DNA of 64,000 bases from the human T2T-CHM13v2.0 reference genome, Homo sapiens: NCBI RefSeq assembly GCF_009914755.1, contig NC_060925.1; one strand, 5' to 3'. Position 1 is the first letter of the stretch. Every line of letters starts with the position of its first letter. Below the pieces are notes generated by a model, which saw nothing but the letters and a program-made list of their open reading frames with translations, made no database searches and was not told the DNA's origin. Below, piece by piece: positions 16,900 through 32,771 of this stretch. The translations under genes were made by a program, and so were the position numbers.

Positions 16900-18630
16900 A
16901 CTTTATCAGAAAAACTAACAAGTTGGACTTCATCAAAACTAAGAATTTCTGCTCTTCAAAAGACTATGAAGAGAATGAAAAAATAAGACACAGCCTGAAA
17001 TATTTGCATAGCATACTGTATCTGATAGAGGACTTGTATTCAGAATATACAAAACACTTGTAAAAATAAACAACCCAGTTTTTAAAATGGGCAAAAGATT
17101 TGAACAGGCACTTCATATATCTATATACACACACATATATATATACACACACATATATATACACACACACACACAAAATATACACAAATGTATACAAATA
17201 TACACACACACACAAATGGCAAATAAGCATAGGAAAATATGGTCATCATCTGTAATCATTAGAAAAATTCAAATTAAAACCCAATGTGCTACTACTACAC
17301 ATCTATTAGAATGTCCAAAATTAAAAAGAGTAACAATATCAACTGTTGATGAGGAGGTAAATTGGAAGCCTCATACACTGCCGGTGAGAATATAAAATAG
17401 TACAACCCCTTTGGAAAGCAGTTTGGCCATTTCTTTAAAAATTTAATATATTCTGGGCCAGGTGCAGTGGCTTATGCCCATAGTCCCAGCACTTTTGGAG
17501 GCAGAGGCAGGTGAATCACTTGAGGCCAGGAGTTTGAGACCAGCCTGGCCAACACGGCAAAACCCCATCTCTACAAAAATTACAAAAATTAGCCGGGCGT
17601 GGTGGTGCATGCCTGTAGTCCCAGCTACTTGGGAGGCTGAAGCACAAGAATGGCTTGAACCTGGGAGGCGGACGTTGCAGTCAGCCAAGATTGTGCCACT
17701 ACACTTCAGCCTAGGTGACAGAGTGAGACCCTGTCTCTGGAAAAAAATAATAATTATTATATATTCCTACCACATGATCCAGCCACTCATTCCTGGGTAT
17801 TTACTCCAGAGATCTGAAAGTGTATGTCCATACAGAGACTTGTACATGAATGTTTATATTAACTTTACTTACAATAATCAAAAACCCAAACAACACAATG
17901 CCTATTAACAGATGAACAGACAAATTGTGGTATAGCCATAACCCTACATTGACACATCATTATGGTGTAGAAGTGTATACATATGTCAAAACTTTTCAAA
18001 TTGTATACTTTAACCACGTGCAATTCATTATATGGCATTTGTATTCCACAAATGGAATATTATTCAGCAATAAAAAGAATAAACTATTGATAAGTACAAC
18101 AACATTTTCTAAAAGAAGTCAGACAAAAAAAGAGTACAGAATGTATATTTCATTTATATAAAACTCTAGAAAACATCACTAATCTTTAGTAACAGAAAGC
18201 CAATCAGTAGTCCCCTGGGGATGGGGAAAAGTGAGTGTGGGAAGGACTGGCCCTGGAGAGAAATGATTACAAAGGGTCAGAAGGAAACTTTTGGGGTTGA
18301 TAATTCTGATTGTGGTGATGCACTTTTTTTTGTAAATCTTTTTTTAAATAGACTTTCTTTTTAGAACAATTTTGTGTTCACAGCAAAATTGAGAGGAAGG
18401 TAGAGAGATTTCCCACACCACCAGCACACACACATGCATATCCTGCCGGACTATTAATCTCCCCCCACCAGAGCGGTGCGTTGCTTACAACTGATAACCC
18501 TACGTGGACACGTCATTATGGTGATGGACTTTTTACAAGTGTATACATATGTCAAAGCTTCTCCAATTGTATACTTTAACCATGTGCAATTCATTATATG
18601 GCAATTACGCCTCAATAAAGCTGGTTTTAA
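16900..18630 (+). mobile_element. Old L1M (L1ME-like) 3' portion, interrupted by a TA/CA microsatellite (~17115-17215), an Alu (17455-17750) and an antisense L1MC fragment (~18329-18518)
   Basis: ORF2 C-terminal-like remnant (KLDFIKTKNFCSSK), L1M 3'UTR motifs ending cctcaataaagctg; L1MC piece flanked by tggtgatg(c/g)acttttt. Confidence 0.7.
17455..17750 (+). mobile_element. AluS-type SINE
   Basis: Full Alu dimer. Confidence 0.9.
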
Positions 18631-19949
18631 GAAGAAAAATTATCAGAGGGCTTACACTATTTCAATTGGAGAATGGGCTTCACTGTGTTTTCCTTAGTAT
18701 TCAGCCTCTTTTACCTAATGTCTAATTTACTATGCACCACAAATAGAAATAAACTCATTGCATATTTTTCTCTTCTTTATATTTCTGGTATTGCCCTCAG
18801 CAGTTAGTAACTACAGTTCTAGAAATCTGTTTCCACCCTCATAATACATCTCAGCAGCTGCCAGTGGATGGAGGCTACCCAAGCCCCATGGCAACTGTTC
18901 AAACAGCTGAGGGAAGCTTTAGGGTGGAGAGTGGCGCCAGGCCAGAGCCAGTGAGAGCCGCAGGCAGGTAGAGTGGCACGCACCTGCCACAGGACACCTG
19001 GCTGACACACAGCCCTGGGTACAGGAAGGGAGGACTTAACACACACAAAAACTCATCTTTGATGGCAGTTCAGCTCCTTCTCTCTCCTGTCCTATTGACC
19101 TCTTAGACTTTGTAATCTTTCAGGAGCCAGTTGTATTTATCTGTCTGCCATGGCTGAGACTTGCTCATAGACAAGGGCTGGTTAGCAAGCCTGTCCCTTT
19201 GTTCCTAAGAGGCAGAGAAAGAATCTTTGACCCTGATTTCTAAGCACAGTAAACAAAGGCCTTCTTGGCTGCCAGTAAGCTCAAAGTGTTCATTAAGCAA
19301 GAAGTTTTCTGGCCAGTGGTTGAAATGACATCATGCTTCCTCCTGGAATCCAACTAGAGATAAAAATCAGGTCATTCAATTTACAAAGAGAGAATGCTCC
19401 CTTCTGCTGCCAGCATTCAGGGGCTGCTGGCTTTCAAAGAGATCAAGGGCAAGAAGAGCCTATTTGAACCCAGGCTTTGAGATGGTCTCTGAAACTACCT
19501 CCACTTAATTCCTCATAATATGCAAAGAAATTCCACCCCAAATGTCCTCACGTCAGAGAGCAGCTTATCTTTGCTGATTTTTCAAACTGAGTGTTTAACC
19601 AGATGTGGCAGTGAGGAGGTAGGTCTTATTAGCTGATAATGGAATAGTCTTTCAGGCCCTCTAAATACAAGAGGATGGAAGAAATGGATTATCTTCATCT
19701 TTTGACACCATTGATCAAAATTTGAAGTGGGGAAGAAAAAAGTATTGTGGTCTTAAAGATGTCCATTGAGATTCTTTTCAGAAAAAAAAAAAAGTACATT
19801 TTTCAGAGGACAGTGATCTATGTCCTGTGTCTGTCTTTCTTTTTCTTTCTTTCTTTCTTTCTCTTCTTTCTTTTTCTTTCCTTTTTAAGACCACTGTAGG
19901 GCTAGTTAAAACAACCAATAATCAGCAATTTTTTAAATATCCAAATGAG

Positions 19950-20590
<641 letters not shown>

Positions 20591-20981
20591 AGATTCTAGT
20601 GTAACAGATGTTTTCCTAAAGATTCTTTCCCAGTAAGGAAAATCTGGACATCTGTAACCAGTTTCCAGATCCAGAATTTCCAAATAATTTCATCAAAATA
20701 CTAGATACACTTAATAAAAACTAAAACAGAAAACAAAACTCCTACATGATAGAGAAACTTTGTTTTGATAATTTATGTTACATGTTTTATTCAATATCAA
20801 AATGTGCTGCATTTATAATTTTTAAAGTGTCTTTAAAACGTATTTTGTTGTTCCAAACAAGTGAAATGTTTCAAAACATATACAAACACACACACATTTC
20901 ACAACTTACTGATCTGCCACTAAGAACGTCACATTCATTAGCCCACAGATTACTTATAAGCCACCATAAAAGTATCCTGTT

Positions 20982-21354
<373 letters not shown>

Positions 21355-21782
21355 CTAATGTGAGTAGGGTCTAACATTGTTTGACTTACTAGTACTAATT
21401 AATCAGTGACCCAGACCCATTCTAGTCTATAAAATTAGAGTTCATCTCTGTAGAGTTCATCTCTGTAAGTTATAATGATATTTGTTCCTCTAAGTAATAA
21501 CATAACTCAAAGGTTATGATGTAATTCCCCTGTAGGACATTAAGCAGTTTTACATCTAATATAGCAGTCTTATTTCAGCATTCCTTTTTTCACTGACTAT
21601 ACACATTGAATCAGCTTTCTTATCCTGCCAGTTCCCTCATAAATGAATTGAATAAAGCCTTGACACATGCATCTATTTGTATGAGAATTATCTTTGTAGC
21701 AGTTTGGAAATTATGCCTTGATACTCTATCAGCATGTAACAGAATATGAAATAGCAGAATGATCCCATTTTAAACAAATGAG

Positions 21783-22225
21783 TCTGTCTTAGTTTGGTTT
21801 CCCAAGAAGTAAACCCTAGGACATAGATTTGAGTAGAATAGCTTATTTTAGAGGTGCAGGGACTACTAGAAGGGAAGTAAGGAAATGACAGAGGGAATAG
21901 CAGGCAGCCACCAAAGGGTGGTCATTAAGCCTGCTACCATCCTGGGCAGCGATGCAGCTCAATCCACAGGGAAACTGCAAGACAGAGTAGAAAATATGTG
22001 TGTCAGAATTATCCCACTCAAAACTGGGGGAGCTGGGATATTTATACACCAATTCCTATAAGTATTAATTGAAGACTGCTCCTGGGTAGTATCAATTCCC
22101 CAGCACTTCCTGCCACCTACATGGCAACTTTTCTCAGTGCTGGAGAAAGTTCTTGTGCATGAAGAGACAGACATAAGCCACGGGAAATCTTGGCATTTTC
22201 TGAAATGGTAGCATCCAAGGGATAT
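21783..22225. mobile_element. MLT1-type MaLR LTR relic
   Basis: Start tgtcttagtttggtttcccaagaag...agatttgagt resembles old MLT1 termini. Confidence 0.5.
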
Positions 22226-22355
22226 AGACAGGATACTCAAGACCTTTTTAAAAAAACAAACAAAATAAAACATTTGCATTTAGTGGGAAATAATGTTATA
22301 CTCAAGGTCACAGAACCCAAGTTCAATGCATCAACTTCCTCATGAAACAAAATAA

Positions 22356-22651
<296 letters not shown>

Positions 22652-23032
22652 TAGGAACTCTTTTTTAACTCTTTTTTCTATGATAAAATATCCAGATTTG
22701 ATTCTTCATCAAAGGACCTTTCCTCACAATTAGTCAACTGCAAAGTACTCAGAGCACAAGGCAGCTGCTTTTCTAAAAGAAATCTCTATTTCCAGACACT
22801 TGAGGGGTCTTGAGTAGTACATTTGCCATCAGAAGTAAATGTATTAACTATATAAGATGGTAAATGATCTTTTTGCAACATGAATGGAAATTATTGGTCA
22901 AATATTTCATTGTGTCTTCTTTAAGGTACATTTAGAACTTTTTATAATTAAATAGAAGCCTTTACAAAGTATTGGCCTAAATCCTAAATTATTTTCAAAA
23001 GTATTGATTTAACATGGTTTAAAAAAAAAAAT

Positions 23033-23320
23033 GGCCTGGCACGGTGACTCACACCTCTAATCCCAGCACCTTGGGAGGCCGAGGCAGGTGGACCACCTGA
23101 GGTCAGGAATTCGAGACCAGCCTGGCCAACATGGTAAAACCCCATCTCTACTAAAAATACAAAAAACTAGCCAGGCGTGGTGGCAGGCTCCTGTAATCCC
23201 AGCTACTCAGAGGGCAGAGGCAGGAGAATTGCTTGAACCCAGGAGGCGGAGGTTGCAGTGAGCCTAGATCACACCATCGCACTCTAGCCTGGGGGACAAG
23301 AGCGAGACTTCATCTCAAAA
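23033..23320 (+). mobile_element. AluS-type SINE whose tail runs into the TA expansion
   Basis: Dimer ending gagacttcatctcaaaa, then directly atatatat. Confidence 0.92.
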
Positions 23321-24704
23321 ATATATATATATTATATATATATAAAATATATATATAATATATATAAAATATAATATATATAATATATAATATATAATAT
23401 AATATATATAATATATAATATATATAATATATAATATATATTATATAATATATAATATATATTATATAATATATATAATATATAATATATATTATATATA
23501 ATATATAATATATATAATATATAATATAATATAATATATAATATATATAATATATAATATATAATATATAAAATATATAATATATAATATATAATATATA
23601 AAATATAAAATATATAATATATATAATATATTATATATAAAATATATAATATATTATATATAATATATTATATATAAAATATATAATATATTATATATAA
23701 TATATTATATATAAAATATATAATATATTATATATAAAATATATAATATATAATATATAATATATAAAATATAAAATATATAAAATATATAATATATTAT
23801 ATATAAAATATATAATATATTATATATAATATATTATATATAAAATATATAATATATTATATATAATATATTATATATAAAATATATAATATATTATATA
23901 TAATATATTATATAAAATATATAATATATTATATATAATATATTATATATAAAATATATAATATATTATATATAATATATTATATATAAAATATATAATA
24001 TATTATATATAATATATTATATATAAAATATATAATATATTATATATAATATATTATATATAAAATATATAATATATAATATATATAATAAAATATATAT
24101 AATATATAATATATAATAAAATATACATAATATATAATATATAATAAATATATAATATATAATATATAATAAAATATATAATATATAATATATAATAAAA
24201 TATATAATATATTATATATAATAAAATATATAATATATTATATATAATAAAATATATAATATATTATATATAATAAAATATATAATATATTATATATAAT
24301 AAAATATATAATATATTATATATAATAAAATATATATAATATATAATATATAATAAAATATATATAATATATAATATATATAATAAAATATATATAATAT
24401 ATAATATATATAATAAAATATATATAATATATAATATATATAATAAAATATATAATATATAATATATATAATAAAATATATATAATATATAATATATATA
24501 ATAAAATATATGATATATAATATATATAATAAAATATATAATATATAATATATAATATATATACTAAAAAATATATAATATATAATATATATAATATATA
24601 ATAAAAAATATATAATATATAATATATATAATATATAATAAAATATATATAATATATGATATGTATAATAAATATATAATATATATAATAAAATATATAT
24701 ATAT
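23321..24704. repeat. ~1.4 kb AT-only tandem repeat / VNTR with 37-, 26- and 28-30-bp higher-order blocks
   Basis: Only a handful of G/C bases; AAAA landmarks spaced 37 bp (23951, 23988, 24025, 24062), then 26 bp (24197-24327), then 28-30 bp. Confidence 0.97.
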
Positions 24705-24731
24705 TTTTTTTCACCTTACAAGAGGATTTCT

Positions 24732-25322
<591 letters not shown>

Positions 25323-27692
25323 GGAGGACTTCTAGATACCAAAAAAGAAGGAAGACTATGGACCACACCATCAGATTTATAAAAGAGAAACTTCCATGTT
25401 CCTGGGTTGCTAAAAAGCCCCATTGTGAGCCTGGGGGAACTTTATGAATGGTCCAGCTCAGCTGTGCTGCTCTGAGGCCTCTGAAGATCCACACTGAGGC
25501 CACACCGGCATGGTACTATGTCCTGTGCACTCAGAGAGTGAGCAAAAATACCTCCCCTCAAGTGACATGGGCACAAAATTAAAACTACTTCAACTCAAAT
25601 TCTTGCTCAGGATGTTCTCTATTTGTTTCCTGAACACCAGATTATCTGGGTCAAAAACCAAGCCTCCAGCCTATAACTAGAAAATGAGGGTTCCTCAGAG
25701 TTCTACCCAAATCACAAGGGCATGATCTCCCACGCCACCTTCTTTGCATTGCTACATGCACATATGCAAACACATACACTGCAACCAGAACTCAGGATTT
25801 CCCCTTAAGTCCCCTTCCTCTCTCCCCAGGTATTTCTGAAATGGGAACTCCATGTAGGCCCATGCAACACTGTCAGCTGCAGGTGCCCACAGCAGCTACC
25901 CTGTTCTTCTGCCTGGCTCCCACACCATTTTCTGTGAGTAGCTGTCATCAGCCTCACCCCCTCCCAAGTTTCACAGAGAATCACTAGAAAATAATTCCTT
26001 TAGTTTCTTCTAACCAAAGAGACCAAGATGGGAAGGAGATCTATACCATCTATACCATTCAGCACTCCTCCTCCCGCTTCTTCTCCTTCTGCTCCTTTTT
26101 TTTCTCCCCCACCTCCTCTCTTTCTTTCTCCTGCTCCTCTCAACCTGGCCCTCAACCATAACTCTTCTCTCCTTCCTGAGTTACAGAGCTGAAGTTTCCT
26201 GGCACATCGAGGGATGCAAAGAGTTACAAATGGCAGTGGGAGAAAGAGCCTTTAATACATCTTTCAGCGGTGCTGACCTGCAGCCAGAATTTACCAGCCC
26301 TTCCTCTGTTCTAGTGCCATTGATCACCAAAGCAACAAGAAATATCTGAACTAGAGGGAGCCACTCCAGTTTATCTGATTTCTAAGTTGCTATCACTCAA
26401 CAAAAATCCTAATATAAATCAGGCACTGTGTAATGTGGGTGTCCTAAGATCAACATAACTTTTTTCTTATTATTATTATTACTACCTTAGTTCAGACCAC
26501 CAACACCCCCTCTCACCTAAATTACCTCGATGCCTCCATTTTCCCCAACCCCAACATATTCTCATATGGTTCCCAGAATAATTTGTCCAACAAAACATTT
26601 GATGGTGTCAATGTTGTAAAGAAAAGCGAGTTATCTTTTAAAATCTTTAATACATTCCCTCAGAACTCACAGCAAAGTCCTAACATGGTAAAGCTTAAAA
26701 GACCCTTTGTGATCTACCTTCTGCTCATTTTTCCAGGCTCATCTCTTGTCCCTGGCCTCCCTGGAGATGTCCAGAGATGCCCCCTTCTCTCTACTCATGC
26801 TTCTCACAATTACAGGAATACGCTCTTCTCATCCCTTCATCTGTTAATTCTCATTAGTCTTCAAAGTCTTAGCCTAGGCATGAATTCCTGTAGGAAGCGT
26901 CCTCTGACTCAAGGCTGGGTTAGAGTCCCTCCTGGAGTTGACACCTTTGGAAGTATCTAATTAGCCCATGAGCCACACCTCCTTCTTTAAGAACTGAGCC
27001 TCACTTGCCCACTCCCCCAATTTACAGTCACTGGCCCCAGAGCCATGTTTTTACTATGACCTTGCCAATTAGACAAGGGTTAAACCCTTCATTGAAGGGG
27101 GACAAATTAGATTCCCCTCCCCAAGAATTTGGCATAGGGGCAGGCCATCCAGCCTCCTGGTCAGGCTTCAACATGTAAACCCAGGAATGAGCTGTGGGAT
27201 GGTCATATCCCTCTGTGGGGACAAAGAAGCATGAGGCCAGGCTGCAGAGAAAAATGCAGCCCACCAGCAGAGAAAGACTACTTCTGGGGCTCCCAGTGGC
27301 TCTCCAGTTCCTGGTTCTATAATAGTCCTATTTGACATACTGCTACATTTTTATTTTTTTAACTCCTCTCTTTTGTTTAAGAGAGCTCAGTTGTTTTTTG
27401 TTTCTCTAAGCCAAAGTCTTAACTAATACATCCTTCTTGTGCTCATTTACCACATGCTTCAATGGCCTGTTCACTAGTTTGTATCTTTCATTGAAAGTTG
27501 TAACCTCCTTAAGGACAAAGATTATGTTTTATTCGTTATTGTTGTATCTCAAACACAGTGTTTGATACATCATAGGTATTCAAAAATTGTTTATTGAATC
27601 AAGGTCATAGTGAATACTTATTGCATACTGATTATGTACCAGGCACTATTGTATTCACTCATTCAATTCTCACAAGAAGAAAAAGTAATTAC

Positions 27693-27988
27693 TGTTTTGT
27701 TTTGTTTTGCTGATGGACTCTCGCTCTATCACCCAGGCTGGAGTGCAGTGGCGCCATCTTGGCTCACTGAAACCTCTGCCTCCCGGGTTCAAGCAATTCT
27801 CTGCCTCAGCCTCCTGAGTAGCTGGGATTACAGGCATGTGCCACCACGCCCAGCTAATTTTTGTATTTTTAGTAGAGACAAGGTTTCACCATCCTGGCCA
27901 GGCTTGTCTTGAACTCCTGACCTCGTGATCCACCTGCCTCGGCCTCCCAAAGTGCTAGGATTACAGGCATGAGCCGCAGTGCCCAGCG
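27693..27988 (-). mobile_element. AluS-type SINE within a MIR
   Basis: Antisense dimer; TSD taattactgt. Confidence 0.9.
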
Positions 27989-28315
27989 CTAATTACTGTC
28001 TTTTTATACCTACTTTACAGATCAGAAAATTAAGGTGCAGAAAAGTTACTAGCCCAAGACCACAAAACTAGCAAATGGAATTTAAGTCTATGCAATTTAA
28101 GTGGGATTTAAGACAAGCTGGGAATTAAGTCTATGCAATCTGACTCCAGAGACCATGCTCTTAAGGAGGCCTCGCCCTGCTTAACAGAAATAAGAGAGAA
28201 GGGATGCAGGACACAGTGCCTTTCCCAGAGTAGCTTATAGCATTCTTTTCTATCTTTCCTATGGTTTTCATGGTTTCGTGACACCCATTTGGTACTGTAT
28301 CTTATGCAGTCATGT

Positions 28316-29022
28316 TGTGTCTAGAATTGGTGGGTTCTTGGTCTCGCTGACTTCAAGAATGAAGCCGTGGATCCTCACAGTGAGTGTTACAGTTCTTAAA
28401 GATGGTGTGTCCGGAGTTTTTTCATTCTGGTGGGTTCGTGGTCTCACTGACTTCAGGACTGAATCTGCAGATCTTCACGGTGAGTGTTACAGCCCTTAAA
28501 GGTGGCCCGTCTGGAGTTGTTTGTTCCTCCTGGTGGGTTCATGGTCTTGCTGGCTTCAGGAGTGAAGCTGCAGACCTTCACAGTGAGTGTTACAGCTCAT
28601 AAAGTTAGTGTGGACCCAAAGAGTGAGCAGCAGCAAGATTTATTGCAAAGAGTGAAAGAACAAAACTTACACAGCGTGGAAGGGAACCCGAGTGGGTTGC
28701 CGCTGCTGGCTAGGGTGGCCTGCTTTTATTCCTTTATTTGGCCCCACCTACATCCCTACACCCTGCTGATTGGTCCATTTTACAGAGAGCTGATTGGTCT
28801 GTTTTGACAGAGTGCTGATTGGTGCATTTACAAACCTTTAGCTAGACACAGAGTGCTGATTGGTGCATTTACAAACCTTTAGCTAGACACAAAAGTTCTC
28901 CAAGTCCCCACCCAACTAGCTAGACACAGAGTGCTGATTGGTGTGTTTACAATCCTTTAGCTAGACAGAAAAGTTCTCCAAGTCCCCACTTGACCCAGAA
29001 GCCCAGCCAGCTTCACCTCTTA
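28316..29022 (-). mobile_element. ERV9 3' LTR (LTR12)
   Basis: Reverse complement of LTR12 with CCAAT-containing U3 repeats; adjacent PPT (plus strand atcccccccta at 29023). Confidence 0.95.
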
Positions 29023-29189
29023 ATCCCCCCCTAAACAGGACACCCCAACTGCTGTTGGGAATTTGGCTGATGACCGCTCTAGCTACTTCCTGCTGGATAG
29101 GGGTGAAGAAGGGGCCCTGCAGTTGTAGTGTCCTCCAGAGGGGAACTCTTTAAGCCAGTGGAAGGGCCAGCGGGTTGGTCCAGGGGTCC

Positions 29190-29660
29190 TCAGTAGAAGT
29201 TGTTAGTTGAACTCATTTGGGGTTCCATTTGTAAGACCATCTGTAGCTTGATGGCCTTAATTCTAGGGGAAACAAATTTGACAAGGAGGTTAAAAACACA
29301 GGGCCTGAAGGCAAGTAATAGCAAGATGGCTACCACGGGACCTAGAAAGGGGAGAAGCCATGTTGCCCAACTCCAGAGGTTGGTATAAGAATTGTGAAAG
29401 GTGTTTTCTGATTTCAGAAGCCTTTTCCTGTAATTGCTGGGCAGCATCTCATACTATCCCTGACTGGTTAATGTAAAAAGAACACTCTTCCCCTAAGAAG
29501 GTTCAGAGTCCTCCTTTCTCAGCAGTGAGGAGGTCTAGGCCTCAATGGTTTTGGAGAGTCACTGCTGCCAAAGAATCTATTTGGGATTGTAGAGTAAGGA
29601 TAGATTTCATTATTTCTTGCAAACTGTCTGAGAAAGCCTTTGAGAGTGTGTGGTAGTAAG
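29190..29660 (-). pseudogene. env: ERV9 env transmembrane-subunit remnant
   Basis: WATWLLPFLGPVVAILLLLAFRPCVFNLLVKFVS membrane anchor; upstream SU appears missing. Confidence 0.8.
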
Positions 29661-30489
29661 ATAATGCATGTTACACTGTTAACTTTTAGCAAACTCTACT
29701 TTAGTAGAAAACCTTGTAAGTTTGGAATTTTAATTTTTCTTTGCTATTAATAAAACCTCATTCAGTCCATATTAACTTAGAATTGGTATAGATGTCTCCT
29801 TCCTGATTCTGTAAGTACTTTAAGATTTGGTTTAGTGCAAACAACTCACACATTTGAGCAGACCAATTATTAGGCAATTTTCCTAACTCTGCTTCTACAA
29901 GAGTTTCCTTAACATTTACTGAATACCCATTGTGTCTTTTTTCCTTAATCGCCCAGGAGGAACCATCTATCCTCCTGTCCTAAAGGGAGTTCCTCCTCTG
30001 TCTGGTCGGACCTTCAGATTTAGATCCCCTGTTAGGAAACCTGCTGGGTTAAGGATTTTTGATAGGAAGGCTACGGGTTGTCAGTGGCCTCAGTGCTTTC
30101 GGGCTACCCCCTTGTTTACACTAACAAGGTGGTATTGGAGTGTTATAGGGTCACAGAGAAGACCTTCAATTATCAATTATAGGTTTTAAATTTACCCTGG
30201 CTTTTAAAGGAATACGGTATACTGTTTTTTCTTTACTACTTCCATCTCCCTTTCTTTCTCTTTGACTTATTCATCTTTCACTTTCTCACTCCCTCTTTGT
30301 CTGTCTTTTCCTCTCTTTCTTTGACTTTCTATGTCTTTCTCTCGCGTTCTCTGTCTCTCTCTTTGACTCCTTCTCTTTGTCTCTCTGTTTCTTCCTCTCT
30401 TTTTTCTCTGTCTCTTTCTCTCTTTCCTTTCTGCTGGTCTTTCCCTGACTCTGCTAGCTGCTTATGCTGCTGTTCTCCCTTCTCCTTCC

Positions 30490-32640
30490 CCTTTTTGATG
30501 GCTTTGGCAGTGTAAGACTGCCAAATCCTTGGGTTTTTGCACTGTGTGCAATAACTCTGTGATTTCCTTGTGGTATTTAATGGGGGTCCTCCAGAGGTTA
30601 GGAACTCCCTTTCTTTCCATATTGCAGCATGGGCATCTAGGATTAGATAAGCATACTTGCTATCTGTATACACATTTATTCTTCTTCCATTTCCCAGTTC
30701 TAAGGCTCAGGTAAGTGCCACTAGTTCTGCTAACTGGATGCTGGTCCCTGGGGGAAGAGGCTTACTTTCAAGTATGTTTACATCACTAACTATGGCATAA
30801 CCTGCCCTTCGTATCCCATTCTCCACAAATGAACTTCCATCAGTATATAGGTTAAGGTCAGGATTAGCTAAGGGGACTTCTAAGAGATCATCTCAGGTGG
30901 CATAAATCTGGACTATAATTTGTTGGCAGTCATGCTTGACTGGTTCCCCATCCTCTGGGAGAAAAGTGGCAGGGTTGAGGGCCATGCATGTATGTATTTG
31001 AAGCACTGGTCCCTCAAGGAGTAGTGCCTGGTATCTAAGTAGGCAGTTGTCTGATAGGCATAAACTTCCTTTGGCACCTAGTATGCCATTTACATCATGA
31101 GTAGTCCAGACAGTGTGATCCTTTCCTTGTATTATTTTGATAGCCTCTGACACTAAGACAGCCACCGCTGCAACTACCCTTAAACAGTGAGGTTAGCCTT
31201 TTACTACTACATCAGTTTCCTTACTTAGGTATGCCACTGGTTGTGGGGTTGTCCCACGAGTCTGAGTAAGGACCCCAAGAGCTATTCCTCCTCTCTCTGT
31301 GACATATAAAGAGTTTTTTCCTGTGGGAAGACTTAAAGCTGGAGCTTGTACTAGGGCCTGCTTTAAGGTTTTGAAGGCTGTTTCTGCCACTGGTTCCCAT
31401 TCTACTAGATGAGTATTTGCTCTCTGGGTCTCCTTGATTAGAGTATAGAGGGGCCTGGCTATCTCGCTGTATCCAGGGATCCATAGTCAGCAAAAGCCAG
31501 TGATTCCAAGGAACCCCCACAACTGTTTTAATGTCTTAGGGTGAGGATAAGCCAGTATAGGCTGTATTTGTTCCTTGCTAAGGGCCCTGGTTCCTCTGGC
31601 TAAGATTAGGCCTAGAAATTTGACCTGCTGTGGGCAAAGCTGGGCCTTCAACCTAGATGCCTTTTACCCTTGATTAGCTAGAAAGTTCAAGAGTAGCCTG
31701 CTGGCATGAGGCTTCCCAACTGGTAGCCAAAAGTAAATCATCCATATACTGAAGGACCAGAGTGCCTGGACTTGAGAAGTGGCCTAGATCTTGGGCCAGT
31801 GCCTCACCAAACAGATGAGGGCTATCCCTAAACCCTTGGGGCAAGACCATCCACATAAGTTGGGACATGTGGTCTGTGGGATCCTCAAAGGCAAAGAGAA
31901 ACTGGGAGCCAGAGTGCAGGGGAATACAGAAGCAGGCATCCTTGAGGTCCAGAACCATAAACCATTCTGCTTCCTCTGGTATTTGAGAGAGCAGGGTATA
32001 GGGGTTTGGTACAACTAGATATACAGGAATTACTGCCTCATTGATGAGTCTAAGATCTTGCACTAATCTCCACTGACCATTTGGTTTTTGTACTCCTAGA
32101 ACTGGGGTGTTGCAGGGACTGCTGCATTTCCTTACTAAGCCTTGAGGTTTTAAATGTTTTACAATATCCTGTAATGCTTTATGAGCTTCAGGCCTTAAGG
32201 GATATTGCCTTTGATAAGGAAAAGTGGTGGGGTCTTTTAGCCTGATTTGGACTGGGCGGGCATTTTTTGCCCTTCCAAATTGTCTTTCCAATGCCCACAC
32301 TTCAGGGTTGATTCCCTCCTCAAGTAGGGGACAACAAATGGGTAACTTGTTCCCCATATTCATGTAGATAATAGCTCCAGCTTTGGCTAATATATCCCTC
32401 CCTAATAAGGGTGTGGGACTTTGAGGCATAACAAGAAAGGCATGTGAAAAGAGCAAAGTCTCCCAATTACAACTGAGGAGGTGGAAGAAATACCTGGTTA
32501 CAGGCTGTCCCAGGATTCCTCGGATGGTAATGGACCTTGAAGACAGTCATCCAGGACAGGAGATTAATACTGAGAAGGCTATGCCAGTGTCCAGGAGGAA
32601 GTCAATTTCCTGGTCCTCAGTGGTTAAACGTACCCAGGGC
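30490..32640 (-). pseudogene. pol: ERV9 pro-pol remnant (protease, RT, RNase H), frameshifted; integrase not evident
   Basis: WRLVQDLR, LPQGFRDSP, YMDDLLL (31674-32456); YTDSKYA RNase H (30329-30673). Confidence 0.9.
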
Positions 32641-32771
32641 TCAGCGAGGGTGATGATATGGGCTGGTGCTTGCCCCGCACACACTCAGTCCTGTTGTTGG
32701 ATCATCTGGTTGGGGGCTTCTGACCCAGAGAACCTTTGCACTCTGGGGCAGTGTGCCTTCCAGTGATTGCA

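Noticed and set aside
21436-21465. 15-bp tandem duplication tagagttcatctctg, and similar micro-duplications near 11956 and 28078
   Set aside because: Ordinary slippage-scale events; no further structure.
24316-24714. 132-aa I/Y-rich ORF
   Set aside because: Translation of the AT-only tandem repeat; low-complexity artefact.
26263-26277. Palindrome tcagcggtgctga resembling a REST half-site
   Set aside because: Second half of the RE1 motif (GGACAG) is absent; too short to exceed chance.
28760-28990. Regularly spaced ~41-bp repeats, superficially CRISPR-like
   Set aside because: They are LTR12 U3 tandem enhancer repeats without unique spacers, in primate DNA with no cas genes.
29190-29447. Syncytin-like domesticated env gene
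   Set aside because: Only a short, broken TM remnant; no signal peptide or SU.
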